Shown: in pieces, positions 1 through 14,455 of the stretch | Layout of the letters: each line of letters starts with the position of its first letter | Numbering within the stretch: the stretch's first letter is position 1 | DNA from: Lama guanicoe | Taxonomy: Eukaryota | DNA length: 64,000 nucleotides | Assembly: GCA_013239625.1 (NCBI GenBank) | Contig: MU054323.1 | Span: forward strand, 2,716,161 to 2,780,160 | Direction of reading: 5' to 3' | Made by a program: the position numbers and the translations under genes | The notes under the pieces: generated by a model | What the model was told of the DNA's origin: nothing | What the model saw: only the letters and a program-made list of their open reading frames with translations | Database searches by the model: none

Positions 1-180
1 TCAGAGTAGCCCTCCTTGGTCTTCAGCTCCATTGGGGTTTCACAAGCTACTACCTGGATCCCAAAGTTTCCATAAAGATCCTTCTTCCTTTGACGGTGGC
101 CAAATCATTTTTGCCCAGGGTTGGGGGGGATACAAGCAGGGACCCTCCTACTGAATCACCTTGCTGACATCCCATTTTTC
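1..180 (-). mobile_element. Probable L1 5'UTR start, continuing out of the window
   Basis: Minus-strand sequence resembles L1M 5' ends and the start of the L1 at 11500. Confidence 0.4.
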
Positions 181-879
181 TGCATTGGTTCAGAGATCCC
201 TGATTCGGTAACAGATAAGGGGCAGTAGGAGCAGACATTGGCAACTGTGCCAGAAATTCTAGTTGCTCCTATGTAGTTCCAGATCTAAGTTGAAGGGTAG
301 TATTAGATTTGATAATGCTTGTTGGCATTCTTTTGTGGTGGTTTGTGTTTAAGTTTCTGTTGCTTAGTTGGTTCATTGAATTGGGGGTATTCTGTTTTAT
401 TTTGATTTGTTGTTGCTTTGAAACCATTGATCTGAAGGAAAACATGAGTTAAAACAGAGCAGTGTAGAGGCATGTAATAAATTATTCTAAAAATAAACTA
501 TGATCATGTATTTAACTTCATAGAAACAGGAAGAATTTATCAACCAGGCTTTAAATTTGTCTTGATCCTAACCCCACAGAGGAACAGTAGAAAAAAAGAA
601 GAGAAAGGCATCCCCATTATGTCTTCGACAGAAAAATCTGGATTCTGGCCAGTCATAAATATGTGCCCGACTGTAAAACATTTAAGGGAACATAGGCAAG
701 GGGAAAAAAGAGTTTCTTTTTCATTATAATGGGAATTTTAAAATAATCAAATAAAAGAAATTTGGGCTATTATATCAGAGACTTTATACTGCCCTTGACC
801 TAGGAGACAGGGCCACGAGCTGGCACTCATCTCTAAAACATACAAGCATGTTTCAAAGAGAAGAATACAATTTGTGAAA

Positions 880-1830
880 ACAGAGAGCAACAGCAAAGGC
901 AGGGCCATTAGAGGGCTTCCAGAATAGTCCTCACATCCGGTAAGTGAGGAAGATGAGACTGGAAGAGGAAAATGGGCAGAAAGCAAATAAACAAACACAA
1001 ACAAGCACTTCACCTATCAGTAAATGCAAATAACTGTAAATACATGTAAATTTGCTTAATTTCACTGAAAATGAAAGTTGCTTTTTAAAATCACTGTAAG
1101 ATATACTTTGCACTCAGCATACTGGCAAAAGGTTTACAATCTGACAATGCCAAGTGTTTGTGAAGAGGGAGAGAAATGGAAATTCTCTGTTTTACCAGTC
1201 AGTAAATCGGTTACCAAAAAATACAGAAAGCAACTGAGCATTAAGTTGAACATACATAACTATGACCATCCCATTCTTAGGTATATACCCTAAAGAAATT
1301 TTAGCAGATGTGTCCCCGGAGAAAAGTCTAATCACGTGCATAAAAGAATTGCTTGTAACATCAAAAAGCTGCCACAACCCAAGTGTCCATTGAGAAGAGA
1401 ATGACTAAATAGAGATGAAGTCATATGATAGCATTCTATTTAGCACTGAAGATAAATGAAATATACCTGCATGGTTAAATTTCATAAATACAGTTAAAAG
1501 CATAAAAAGCAACTCAAAGAAAACTACAGTATTTCTCAATTTAATAAAGTACAAAACAAGCAACACTAATCATTATACTGTTCAGGAATGGAATGTGTGT
1601 GTGTATATGGTACATGTAGAGAAAAACAAAGGCAACATAAAATCAAAATCCAAGCCAATGGTTAGCTCTGGAGGCTTAGTGAGGATATGAGCTGCAGAGG
1701 GGAGGAATTCATGTAAGACTTCAAAAGCATGGACAATGCTCTCTTTCTTAATCTAGTTGAAAGGCATCCAGGCATTTGTTTTATTAGCCTATAAACTAAA
1801 TATATGCCCTTGGGTATATTTAGCTGTCAT
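880..1830 (+). mobile_element. Ancient L1 (L1ME-like) 3' fragments
   Basis: Degenerate ORF2-end motifs (TATGACC..C.ATTCTTAGGTATATACCC, CAAGTGTCCAT) and 3'UTR-like sequence. Confidence 0.65.
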
Positions 1831-3539
1831 CATTAAAAATAAAATTAAACTTGAAACTTTAAGACAGTCAACATAAACTGGTAGTCAAAAGGTTAAAAAC
1901 AATTTTTCCAGGTAACTACAAACAAATAGCCAAACCTGGACTTGAACCCAGATGATCCAGTTTCAGTAACCCGAGTGTATACTATGTTATTCAGCCTATC
2001 AATCCACTACACAGTATATACCATACTCCTTACTTAACCTAGCTGAGCCTCAGTTTCTCCACCTGTAAAATAGAAATTCAGTATGTTTCTAAAGCTCTAA
2101 GCATATTGCTTAGCCTGTGCTAAGTGCTCAAAGATAACTCTAAGAAGGGGAAGGAACAGAAGGGAGAAAGGAAGGAAGGGCAGATGGGAAGAGAAAAAGG
2201 AAGACAGAGAGAAATGGAGAAAGAGGAAAAAATTGGAAAGAGAGAGAGATACACCAATGACGGACGAGTGGCACCCTTGAAGGGGCTGCACATCCCCACC
2301 TTAGAGAATGCGCGAAGTAAAGTGTAAACTGGAAAGTCTGTTTTCTCTTCATGGCTGCAAGCCCCAGGGCATCTGGTCTCATTAAAGGTGCAAAAGTCGA
2401 ATATCCTATTGAAAATTCTCTTTGGTGTAGGAAATTAAGTTAAATTAAAAACATGACCTTTCTCTCAAACTGGCACAAGTGATCTCGTTCTCTGAGCATG
2501 ATTGTATCCATCAGCAATACATCAAAACCAGACGGCGCTGGGGGACTTCTATGGCTGAGCCATCAACCTCCTCGGAGACTCCCGTTTATTTGGCTCCATC
2601 CAGGAAAAGAGGATCAGGTTCTTCACAAAATCCAAAGGAAGAAGGTGATATCCACCCAGGGAGGAGGGTTTCAGGTCTTCTCTAACATTTCACAGGCCAT
2701 TCACTCAAAGACCGAGCTACTAACAGCCTGGAGGGATGCTGTTCCCGCCCCTCACTTTGGATACAACGTGGAGTGAGGAGGTGGGGGAGGGGTGTGCCGA
2801 CAGACTGCTCTCTCTGGCAAAGACTTGAGTTGTTAATTCAGTTGTAATCCTATAAAGCCCAGCTGGGAGAGCTTTGGGGACCCAACAGGGGCTCTAGGCA
2901 GGAACATGTACCCAGAGGTCAATCTGACACGCCCTCTTTCCTTGTTCCCTGTGGTGTCCATCCTGTCTCTAGGCAGAGCCTACTCTTTCCCGACACCCAG
3001 ATCCCCCAGAGCAAAGAGGCATTGTTAGTCCAGCTTCAGCATCCAACAAACAACCACAAAGCCCATCCTCTTGCAACTCTAACTTGCCCCGGGCTTCCTG
3101 GAGGCCCTTCTAGGATCCAGACAGAACACAAGGGAAAAGGAACGCTCCAAAAAGCTGAGCAGCAACACTGACAAGACAGGAGCCCAGAGCGACAGAAGCC
3201 CAGAGCAACAGCAGCCCTGGGGAAAAGTGACTGGCCTTCTGAAGCCGAAATCCAAAGCAATACTCGGGAACGGAGAGAAATAATTCATGCATAAGCGTGG
3301 CAACTGCAGTGCTCTTTATAAGCCCAAATAGTATGAAACAATTTAATTACCCAATTTAGAAGATGGTTATGTACATTGTGGTCTAACTGAACTGTACCAT
3401 ACCACTTAAAATAGTCCACGTCATGGTAAAAACAAAAAACAAAAAACAAAAAAACTGTGGTCTTCAACTCTACTCCCCACTTTTTTCCAATTAAATCATT
3501 ACTATTACTATTATAATTTATATGTAAATGTTAAATAGA

Positions 3540-3730
3540 CCTTCACAGTTTACAATGAGCTTTTCTTCTATCAAATTTATCCCACTTAATCAGCACAAAC
3601 ATATGAGCTCGGTATTATTATCCCCATTTTATAGATAAGAAATTAGATGTGCAGAAAGATGAAATGATTTGCCCAAGCTCAGATACCTAATAAGCAGAGA
3701 TGAGATTCAAATCCAGGTACCCAACGGGAA
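3540..3730 (-). mobile_element. MIR SINE
   Basis: Core GGTATTATTATCCCCATTTTATAGATAAGAAA...TTGCCCAAG...GATTCAAATCCAGGT. Confidence 0.8.
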
Positions 3731-4344
3731 TTGGGGCAGGGAGACACATGCGAAAAAAGAGAATAGTAAGCCTTACTTGAAGGGGCTTCAGATAATTGTG
3801 AAATGCGCTGGAAACTGTGTTTGATCAATAGCAAGGACCAAAAAAGACTTATGATACTAATGTGCTGAAAGAACAAAGACATTTGCAACTCTGGGGAGAC
3901 TCACCCAAGACCCTTTGCAGTCAGAGGTCTGCTAAATAAATCTTTAAAAAATGGGATAGCTGTATCTGAAATAAATTAACTAAAGAATGATGATGATGAT
4001 GATGACGTAGAGGAGGAGAAAGAAGAGGGAAAGGGAAAGAGAAGGAGAAAAGAAGGAAGAGTAGAAAATAATGGTGCTAAAATAATATTTATTTCACAGT
4101 TTTCATAACAAACATCTAACAATCCCTGAAGATTTCTTAAGGATTACATAATGGGGAACCAGAATCACACAGAGCTTCTCTATTTCCTTGATGCTTTTCA
4201 CTGTTTTAATCTCTGAATAATTCAGAGTGAAAGTCAGTAAAGAAAATCCTCCTTAAATATCTTACTTATCTTCTGGTTTGTTGCTCCTGGGTTAGTAGGG
4301 GATGGAAAGTCTAAGGCAGTCTTTTGGAGGAATGTTAATACACA

Positions 4345-4995
4345 ATAGCATTATTCACAAAAGCCAAGATATGCAAATGATCCAAGTATCCATCAACAGA
4401 TGAATGGACAAAGAATGTAATTTGTATGAAATGTCATATGTGTGACAACATACATATATACACACAAAATGCACATCTATATATACTACACACACAATGG
4501 AATATTATTCAGCCATAAAAAGAAGGAAATTCTACTGTTTGCAACAACATGGGTGAAACTGGAGTACATCATACTAAGTGAAATAAGCCAGACACAGAAG
4601 AACAAACACTATATGATCTCACTTACATGTGAAATCTAAAAAAGTCGAGCTCATAGAAGCTGAGAGTGGGATGATGGTTGCCAGAGGGTGGGGGGAGGTA
4701 AATGGGGAGATGTTGGTCAAAGGGTACAAACTTTCAATTATCAGATGAGTAAATTCTGGGGATCTAATGTACAGCATGACTATAGTCATTGCATACTTGA
4801 AATCTGCTAAGAGCATAGACCTTAAGTGTTCTTATAACAAAGAAACAAAAAGGTAACTGAGGTGATGAATGTGTCAATTAGCTGGAATGTGGGAATCATT
4901 TCACAATGTATATGTATATCAAAGCATCACATTGTACACGTTAAATATAAACACTTTTATTTGTCAATTAATACCTCAATAAAGCTGGGGAAAAT
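4345..4995 (+). mobile_element. L1MA-type 3' end
   Basis: FATTWVKLEYIILSEISQ..KH.MISLTCEI ORF2 terminus and a typical 3'UTR ending CAATAAAGCTGGGGAAAA. Confidence 0.9.
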
Positions 4996-6529
4996 GCATA
5001 ATACCTATTAATGCACTTCCATTAATTATTATGATTATTATTACTGTAGGATAAAAACAAGCAAACAAAAACGTGTGTTGAAATATAGGTAAAGAGAAAA
5101 TTATACTTTGGGAATACAATATGAAATTGTATGATTGCTTGTGTGTGCACATAAACTTAGGAGAAAAGGGTAGTAAGAAAGAAAAAGGAAAAAAATGAGT
5201 ACTGAAGTTCTACCCAAGGAGAAAAAGATTAAGGCTCTTGTAAAAAACACTGTTACACGGACATGTTTCAAACAGAATCCTAATTCCTGGAGGTCATGGT
5301 CAATTCAGATTTGTTCATCTGGCCCTTTCAGTGGATCCATTTGCCACTCATGGAAAGCTGCAGTTGCTGTTAATGAATCTAAAGTTCTCTAAGGTTTTCA
5401 TAAAGGGCTCTTTTAAATAAATGAAACTTGAGTACCTACACTATTTTTGAAAAAAAGACCACAGATTGTGGACTATTACCTTCCCGGAGCTCCACCAGGC
5501 ACTGACATCTTAATTAGAGCCATAGCTATCTGAACTATTTTGGCCTTTGAATTTATAGCACAACATGTAATTCCTATCGGAATAGTTAACCAGTAACTTC
5601 AGTATTTGTTAAAACTAAATAAAGTTTATATGCCTATCAAAATACCTCTTGTTTCTTGTAAATGTTTAGGAAACATTTCTGAAATGTTTCTGAAAGTTAA
5701 GGTCTTAAGCGTTAGCAGGAACCAGTGACCTCACTTTGCACTCTGCTTCCTTCCGAGTGGAGCAAGGCCTTCACTCTGCAAGGGGCAAGGAGAGGCACAG
5801 GCACCAGAGAGGGGAGCCAAAGAGGAGATAGGCCACAGCAAGAAGGACAGGCTACGTCCACAACCACACAAGGGCCCTGAAGATGGCACATCTGGTCTAT
5901 TAATGGCAGGGCAGCATCCCAGCACCTGTATTCCCAAAAGACGCGAGTAAGAAATGAAGTAGGAAGAGTGAGTCTCAATCCACACAGAAGTCCTTGAGGA
6001 ATGCGGTCTTTTCTTATTCCCTATACTTCTGAAAAATCGTTTCACATCATTGCTCTTTGGCAGTCTTGAAATAATACCTACATTGAAAAAGGAGCAAAAA
6101 TCAGGGTCTCACTAAATGTTCCACCTAAAGTAACAGTAATACTGGCCTCATTGGGTAGTGAGCATTAAATGAGACCATCCATGACACACACTTAGCATAA
6201 TGCTTAGCACAGAGTGAGGGCTCTAAAGCACAACTCCAAGTTGTTGCTATTGTTGCTGTTGCTACTGGCTTAAGCGACTCTGTATGATGAGCCTTGAATT
6301 ACTTCTAGTAAAGCTATAGCTGGTGCAGCCTTTTGCTGACTCACTTCCCCAGCTAGTTTTGAGAGACACTCATAGCTGGATGCCTAGCTCCCTTTAAGCC
6401 AATGCAGTTTTTGCAAATGTCAGAACAGCCCAGCAACAACAAAGCTAGTCAAGGTTGATTCATGTGGAGCCCTGTGAAAATTGAGAGTCCTTGACATATT
6501 TCAAGCTACTTTAAAACAGTTGTCTTTCC

Positions 6530-7460
6530 TCTTTCTTATTTTCTCTCTTCTTACTTTCTTTTGAACACAATTTAATCACACTTTTTACTCCACTATTCCA
6601 CCAAAATAGCTCTTATCAAGTCCCCCTGTGATTTCCAAAAGTCAATTTTCAGCACTCGCCCCACTCTCTTTATTCAAATATATTTTCCCTTGATACAACC
6701 CACTTCCAAATTGAGTTCACTTCCAGTTCTTCACCTTTTCCTATTCAGTCTCCTTCCCATCTCTCATTTCTCCACCTCCTAAATGATGAATGCTCCAGAA
6801 CTCAGTCCTGGGAACTTCTCTTTTCTCTATGTTGTGAGTCTTACATGGACGTGAGGCTTTAAAAGCCCTTTATATGCTATTGAATCCAGAAAGTGTATCT
6901 GCAGCCTAAACTCCAGACTTCTGTATCCAACTGCAGGCTCAGTCTCCCCATTTAAATGCCAAATAGGTATGTCAAACTTCTCGTGTCCAAAATATGATTT
7001 GGAGTTTCCACTTCCAAATCTGCTCCTGCCAGCCTCCTCCAGCTCACTAATTGGTAGCTCTACCTTTCCAGTCGCTACAGACAAATTCCTTGGGGATGTT
7101 ACTGACTCCACTCTTTTGCTCATACTCAATTTCTCATCTGTCAGTGAGTCCTGTAGGCTATGCCTTCAAAATATAGAGAGGTAATACAAATTCTTCTCAT
7201 CACCTCCACCACTACCTCCCAACCAAACGAGATGGGAAGCTACCGGGAGACTACGAGCAGAGAAATGACAACAAGACTTAGGTTTAAAAGGACCGCTGGT
7301 TGTATTGACAATGAACTGCAGGATGTCGATGGCAAAAACAGAACCAATCAGAGGCCTATTTCAGTAATCCAGCCACTAGATAGCAGTATGTATTGTGTAT
7401 CCCCAGAACAGCAGCTGGCTTATAATTAATGCTTAATGAATGCTGTCGAATGAAGGAATA
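6530..7460. mobile_element. L2 fragments (mostly +, with a short opposite-strand piece at ~7225-7385)
   Basis: L2 motifs CTCAGTCCTGGG..CTTCTCTTTTCT and CAGTGAGTCCTGTAGGCTATGCCTTCAAAATATA; TGAATGAA tail. Confidence 0.7.
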
Positions 7461-8499
7461 AATACAGCACCAGCAGATTCTGGAGGGGCTGGGTCAAAGG
7501 TCAGGGTTTGTTACGATAACAAGCAGATTAGACAAGCTTCTTTCTTGGTACAAAATATACAACAAAGCACCAGAACATATAATCTGCAGTAGATGCTCAA
7601 TAATTGCATATCTGGTAACCTGTGGTGGATGGATGGATGGACGATAGATAGGATAAACTGACAAGCCAGTAGACATTAGGAGGCAGGTTAGCCAAGCTGC
7701 TCCAGCAACTTGGGCCCCTGTGAGAAGAGGAGGGAAACACAGGAGGCCCCAGAGAAAACAGTATACCCAGAACCTTCACCAGAGCCCCCCGGGAGAGGAA
7801 TGGGGGGAGACACCTGCCATTCGAAACTCTGACTTTCCAAGAAAACTTACTACACTCAGAAGTGTGCTTAAATGTTCAATATTACACAAAATTGACCACA
7901 TACATCATAAAATATTGATTTTATTTGTTCTGTGACATTGTGAAAATTACAAATATTTTACTGAGTCAAAATTTTTAATGTTGTTTTTACCCAACTGATG
8001 ACACCTCACTTGAACAATCTCTACCCCTCTAGGCTTCTGATCAGCACTCAAATTCATCATTCACATTAACATTTGCACAGTCTTCCAGCACATAACACAC
8101 GTCTTACTTTTATTGGCATTTTCAGCCATGTCAGTTTGGGGGGGGGGTTGGGGTAATATAAGTATCTAAAAGAAATTAAAATGTCTCTTTTTCTCTCCAT
8201 AGAAATTTCTCATTCACTTATCCAAAAGCCACTGTTAAGTCTGCCTCTCTACCATCTGGGTCTGTTCATTCAGCATTCCTGGCTCAGAATTCCCAGGGGA
8301 GACTAATCAGTTATCAATAGTGGCCTGGGGTTAGGATCATCAGCCATGCCCTGTGCAACAACGGTTCAGCACTATGGACAGCAATGTGTAGGCTTGTGTG
8401 CCCGCCCCCTCCCCGTCCCCACCCCAAACAGATTTTAAGTTTGCTCTAACTATACCCAGAAGGTATCCATACTATATCACCTTGTACCCCCCAAATAGC

Positions 8500-8720
8500 A
8501 ATAATAACAGGTGAGATTTACTGAATACCTAATATGTGCCAAGCACTGTACTTACCTATTGTATTTGTTACTTTGTTGAGTCCTCTCAAGAACTCTGCAA
8601 GATCGGTATTATTATTTCCATTTATGAATTAAGAATCTAGGTTCAGAAAGCTTAAGTGACTTTCCAAATGTCAACAACAAGAAGTCTCCAGAGCGGGTCC
8701 TTGATCCCTTTGCTATACCA
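8500..8720 (-). mobile_element. MIR SINE
   Basis: TTTACTGAATACCTAATATGTGCCAAGCACTGT...GGTATTATTATTTCCATTT...AAGTGACTTTCC. Confidence 0.7.
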
Positions 8721-8723
8721 TCT

Positions 8724-8754
<31 letters not shown>

Positions 8755-11499
8755 AGGTTTCCTCCTGAGAGTCTGATAAAGCCCGAGTTTAGTGGGCCAC
8801 CAGTTCACTTCCTGATAACAACCGGTGAGAGGAAGGTCCTATCTCAGAAAGCAAACTATCATAAACATCAGGTGCCGTCTAAGGAAAGACATCAGGGTGC
8901 AAGGAAGAGAGGAGGGGCCTCCAAAGACACGTTTTCCCCAGCCATATCCACAGGTTGCTCACAAGGTCTTCGGACAGGTAAACCACAATGACAGGCACAT
9001 TTCACTTACAAAAGCTCACATGGTCTCATTTTCATGTCTCTGATGTCTACATTTTTTCCCAAGCATAATAGTTTTCTAATCAATCCCACATGTCTGTTCT
9101 CAACCATGTTGTTGAGAGCCAGCCAGACAAGCTGCAAAGTCCTTGGCCACAGAAGCACCTGGCTTCCCAAGGATGTGTGTGTGCCTTATTGTCTTAAATC
9201 TAGGAAAAGCTCTTTGATCTCCCTGCTTAGACAAGATTGCAGCCAGGCCTTTGTACAACATCCTTCCAGACCCAGCATGCCCTCTTCTCCCAGATCCCTT
9301 CAGTACTCACGGACACTAAACTTTTCCCTTCTCCTTTCTCATTTCCCATGGCTCTCAGGGGCCATGTGTCTCTTTGGGTTCTCCTCCTCTTGCCTCTACG
9401 ATACATCTCACAGAGCTGCACTCTCTTTTATCCAGGGATGTGCACACGACAACTAAATTGTAAACTTCTAGAGGACAAGAACTACCTCGTAAGGAGGCAG
9501 CCTTGATTCTGGGATTACCTCAACTTTAAGCATTATTCCTTTTTACTTTCTATGGACCTATATTCTTATTAGTCCATGGAGCCTAATTTTGACATATAAA
9601 ACATGGTCACCATACTCATATCTTCAGATTTCTCACACTGAGTGTTTCCCCTTGCTTTAGTGCACCATCTCCCCAAATACACACACACACAAAGCACATA
9701 TATAAATGTATGCATGAGTGTGTCTGTACATCTGCCTGTCTGTATGTCTGCCTGTCTGTCTGTATAGCACTTTCTCTGCTACTTAATTGTTGACTTCCTA
9801 AGGGTAATGGATGCCTCTAATTCCTCCCTGAATTTCTAAACTCTGGTACTGTTCCAGGCACACAGAATGTGACCTGGTATTTGAAAGGCAGATTTAAAGG
9901 CAGGGCATTTGCTTTAAAGGGCTCAAATCTGAAGACAGGAATGACTCTCCCATGAGCCTTATCTGGAAAGAGATTAACCAGCTGTCTGTGTGTTTGGCTC
10001 AAGAGCTAGGAGATAGCACCAAATCTCCAAACCCACCCACCACTGCTGGTGACAAAGGGTGTGGAGAGGATATACCTTTATACCAAACACTACAAACAGC
10101 TCATCCACAAACTCCCACTGATCCCTTCTGTGTGCCAGATCCTGCAGCTAGAAATAAAAAAAAAAAACTAATGTGGTTTATAACTGCTTTTCAAAAATAC
10201 TGAAGAAAACTGAATTCATAAGGCAGGAGACTTAAAAGGTGTTTTTGCTGAATATCCATCCTGCAGCAGGTTTACTGCCCATATTATTTCATTTAAGCAT
10301 CACAACTGACCCGAGAGACAAATGTCATTTTCTCTGTCTCAGGGAGCTCTGGAAAGCCCTGAACCCTGATCTCTGGCCTGACATGCACACTGCAGACCTA
10401 AACCCTTGTGGGATGTGAGACTGATCGTGCAAGCATCCCCTCTTCACTCACTATCTGTTTCCACTTCTTCTACAGTTCACCAGAGATGGCAAGCCAATTT
10501 GAGCACATAATACAGTATAGTCTAGTAATGTTTCTTTATGATAGAAAAACAGTAAAGACTTCCTGTCGTAATATTAAATGCCACTTAAAGGAGCGCAGAT
10601 GCCGAATCTGAGCAGATTAGCTAAATTATAGTATAAACCCCAACCCTCGGAGTTGTATCCCCAAGGCAAAGTAAAATGTCGGGTAGTGGTTACCCCATTC
10701 CTCAACAAAAAACAGCTTTCTAAAATGTGATGCATATAAAATATTACATTTCTTAAACTATGTTAGCTTTGGGTGGATTGCATGTTTTCTATTGGAGTTA
10801 ATACCCCACATTGAGGTGTAGGAACTTAAGACAGGCATCTAATACAGTGGGCCGTTTAGGCAGAACCAAATGTAAAGCCAGCAACGCACTCCACACAGTG
10901 TCACTTGTGTTGTGTCGCTTTTGGTCCTCACTGACTCTTTGCTTTGCAGTGTGGAATCCTTCACCTCTGGCCACAGATCTAGGCAACGGAGCAGGGAAGC
11001 ATAAGGTGAATGAGTAGATGAACGTGGTATGTGTCCTCCAAACCTTGCTCTTTGGGAGGCCCTGCCACCGCCCTCATGACAACCCCTGCACTCCAGCTTT
11101 GTGTGTCAATCCTAGATCTGGAAAAGGCGTGCTTCCAAGGCTCCAAATTTACACCTTCCCCCAGATTATTCAGTATGCTCCCCCCATGCTGAGGCACTGC
11201 AGTTCCAAAAGAGTCAAGCGTTAGACCCACGTGCCGCTGTGTGTGATCTCTCTATATAAACAGCTGACACCTACTGACAATTATGATGTGCCTGGCACTG
11301 AGCTAAGCCCATTACCTGCATGATTTTTTTCTTTACTCTTCACGTCTTAATTAGGCATGTACTTGCTCTACCCTTACTTTACAAATTATAAAATGGATGC
11401 AATTCTAGAAGACAAATTCCTCAAGCACTTTAGCTTATGTTGCTGTAATTCCAGGGCCTAGAACAGGGCCTGGTAAATAAGTGCTCAAGAAGCAGACGT

Positions 11500-13850
11500 T
11501 AAGAAGAGTGACATAATTAGCACAGAGGAACAAGAGTTTTCTACTATCTTCCTCCCAAAGATTAGGTGATCGCCTAGAGATAAGGGTGCCTTTGTGGAAG
11601 TCCAGGAGTCTAGTGGAAAAGTTCCAGCACATGGCTGGGGCAAAAAAAAAAAAAATTTTTAATTTAAACAAATTTTAAAATCCAAGATTGGATGCATTGA
11701 ACAGGGTAAGAGGATCAGTTTCATTAAACTCACATCACCCCTCCCCCAAGGTAGCACAGCTCGGTGCCAAGGGAGACCTCTTCTGCCTGTGATTTCTCGC
11801 ACGAGGGAAACTGTGAGTGTGTGAGTGATACCCAGCTCCCCCAGCTGTGTGGGACCCAATTTGTTCCCATTCCACCCAGAATACTGAGGTGTGCTGCATG
11901 ACTGGGGAGTGGGATGTAGCTAGCCAAACAGCAGCCAGGGGTCTTGGACAGCAGGAGAGGGACATGGATCCTACTGTGCTGCACAGTCCATCAGGAAGTC
12001 CATCGATGAGTCACTGAGGATGCCTCCCCCACGGATCTTCCCAACTGGTACAGACACCTCCAGTGCTCCACAACCTCACCCCATCCTGTGGCTGGCTCCT
12101 ATATCAGCAAGAGCAAGCCTCTGCAGACAGCTAGTAAGCTCATGCAGAAAGCCAGTCCAAATCTACAGGACTGCGAGAAAGCACACAAACACGAGCATTT
12201 AGCACAGTCCTGGGGAAAGCAAAAGGGAGACTGACAGCACCAAGTGTGGCTTTGCAGGACTGAGAGAAGGCATGCCGACTTATGAACTCCCCCTCCAAAA
12301 GGGACAAGAACTGTAGAGCAGGAGAATCAATAGAAAAGATCTGAGGAAAGGCTCAGAGTCCCTGACATGGATGCTGGAAGGCACTTCTCTCCAAAGCCAG
12401 TCAGTAACGACTGGAGGAGGTGACTGCTCCTTCAAATACAGCAACATAAAATTCCAAGGAAAATTTAAAAATCAAGGAAACATAACACCACCAAAGAAAC
12501 AATAAATTTCCAGTAGCAAACCTCAATGAAGTGGAGATCTGAGATCTGCCCAATGAAAAGTATGAAATATCTGCCTGATGAAAAATATGAAATAGTCTTT
12601 TTAAGGAAGCTCAGTGAGTACAAGGACACACAGAAAGACAATTCAATGAAATCAGGAAAACAATAATGAAATGAGAAGTTTACCAGGTAGAGAGAAATCA
12701 TCATCATCAACAACAACAAAAGAGAATTTCTAGACCTGAAAACTCAGTGAATGAAATGACAAATGCAATAGAGAGCATCAAATCAGACTGGGTAGAGCAG
12801 AAGAAAGAATCTGTAAGGGAGAAGACAGATCTTTTTCACGCTGTCCAGTAAGAGGAGAACAAAGAAAACAGAATGCAAAAGATTGAAGAAAGTCTACATG
12901 AACTATAAGAGAAAAAATCATGTATTATTGGAGTACTGGAAGCAGAAGAGAAGAAAAAAGGGGCAAAAACTTATTTAAAGAAATAATGGCTGAGAATTTT
13001 CCAACACTGGGGAGAGATGTGGACATTCAAGTTCATGAAGTTCATATATCTCCAAATAATTTCAACCTAAAAGACATTCTCTAAGATGCATTATAATGAC
13101 ATTGTCTAAAACCAAAGACAAAGAATTTTTAAAGTTGTAAAAGAAAAAAAATTCCTCACGTACAAGGGAACCCCATAAGGCTAATCAGAGGATTTTTCAG
13201 GAGAAACCTTGCAGGCCAGGAGAGAATGAGATGATAGTTATGATGTATAATTTATAGTTTGTAATTAAAAATAATTTGTTAATGGACATACAATATAAAA
13301 AGATGTAAACTGTGACATCAAAAACAAAAAATGTCGGGGGTGAGGGGGACTGACTCATACAATTCAATAGCAGAAAAACAACACTCATTAAACATATGGG
13401 CAGAGAACCTCAATAGACATTTTTCCAAAAAAGACGTACAAATGGTCAACAGGTGCATGAAAAGGTACTCAAGGTCACTAATCCTCAAAGAAATGCAAAT
13501 CAAAACCATGATGAGATGTTACCTTACACCTGTTAGAATAGCTATTATCAAAAAGACAAGAGATAATGAACACTGGCTGGGACGTACAGAAGAAGGAACC
13601 CTCGTGCCCTCTGAGTGGAAAGGTAAATTAGTATAATCACTATGGAAAATGGTATGGAATTTTTATGAAAAATTAAAAATAGAACTACCATATGATCCAG
13701 CAATCCCACTTCTGGATATATATCTGAAGGGAATGAAATTACTGTCTTGAGGAAATATCTGCACTTTCACGTTCACTGCAGTGTATTCACAATAGACAAA
13801 CATGAAAAGACCAAAGTGATCATCAATGGATGAATGAATAAAGAATATGT

Positions 13851-13911
<61 letters not shown>

Positions 13912-14455
13912 TTAGATAGATAGATAAGACATAAATGTAAATATACGAATATTATTCAGCCATTAAAAAAGGACATCTTGTCACTTACAACAACATAGGT
14001 GGAATTTGAAAGCATTATGCTTAGTGAAATAAAGAAATTGCACAAAGAAAAATACTGTATGATCTCACTTATACGTGGAATCTAAAAAAGTTGGACTCAG
14101 AAACAGAGAGTGGGATTTGGGTTGCTAGGGGCTGACGGTTGGGAATGGGGAGAAACTGATCAAAGGTACAACCTTTAGTTGTTTGATAAACAAGTTCTGA
14201 GGACCTAATGTACAGCACGGTGACGACAGTTAACAATACTGTATTGCATACTTGAAAGTTACTAAGAGATCTTAAATCTTCTCACCACACACACAAAAAA
14301 AGGGAATTATGTCAGATGATGGATATGCTAACCAATCTTTTTGTAGTAATCATTTTCACAATGTATACATGTATCAAATAATCAAATTGCACACCTTAAA
14401 CTTACAAAATGTTATATGTCAATTATATCTCAAGAAAGCTGAGGGGGGAAAAGAA
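11500..14455 (+). mobile_element. Older L1 with 5'UTR, ORF1 remnant, large internal ORF2 deletion and 3' end (L1MA-like)
   Basis: 5'UTR-like sequence 11500-12440; ORF1-like A-rich sequence 12440-13235; ORF2 C-terminus ([11 protein letters not shown]...EMQIKT..YLTPVR) from ~13350; L1MA-type 3'UTR to 14450; internal (TA)n(CA)n. Confidence 0.85.
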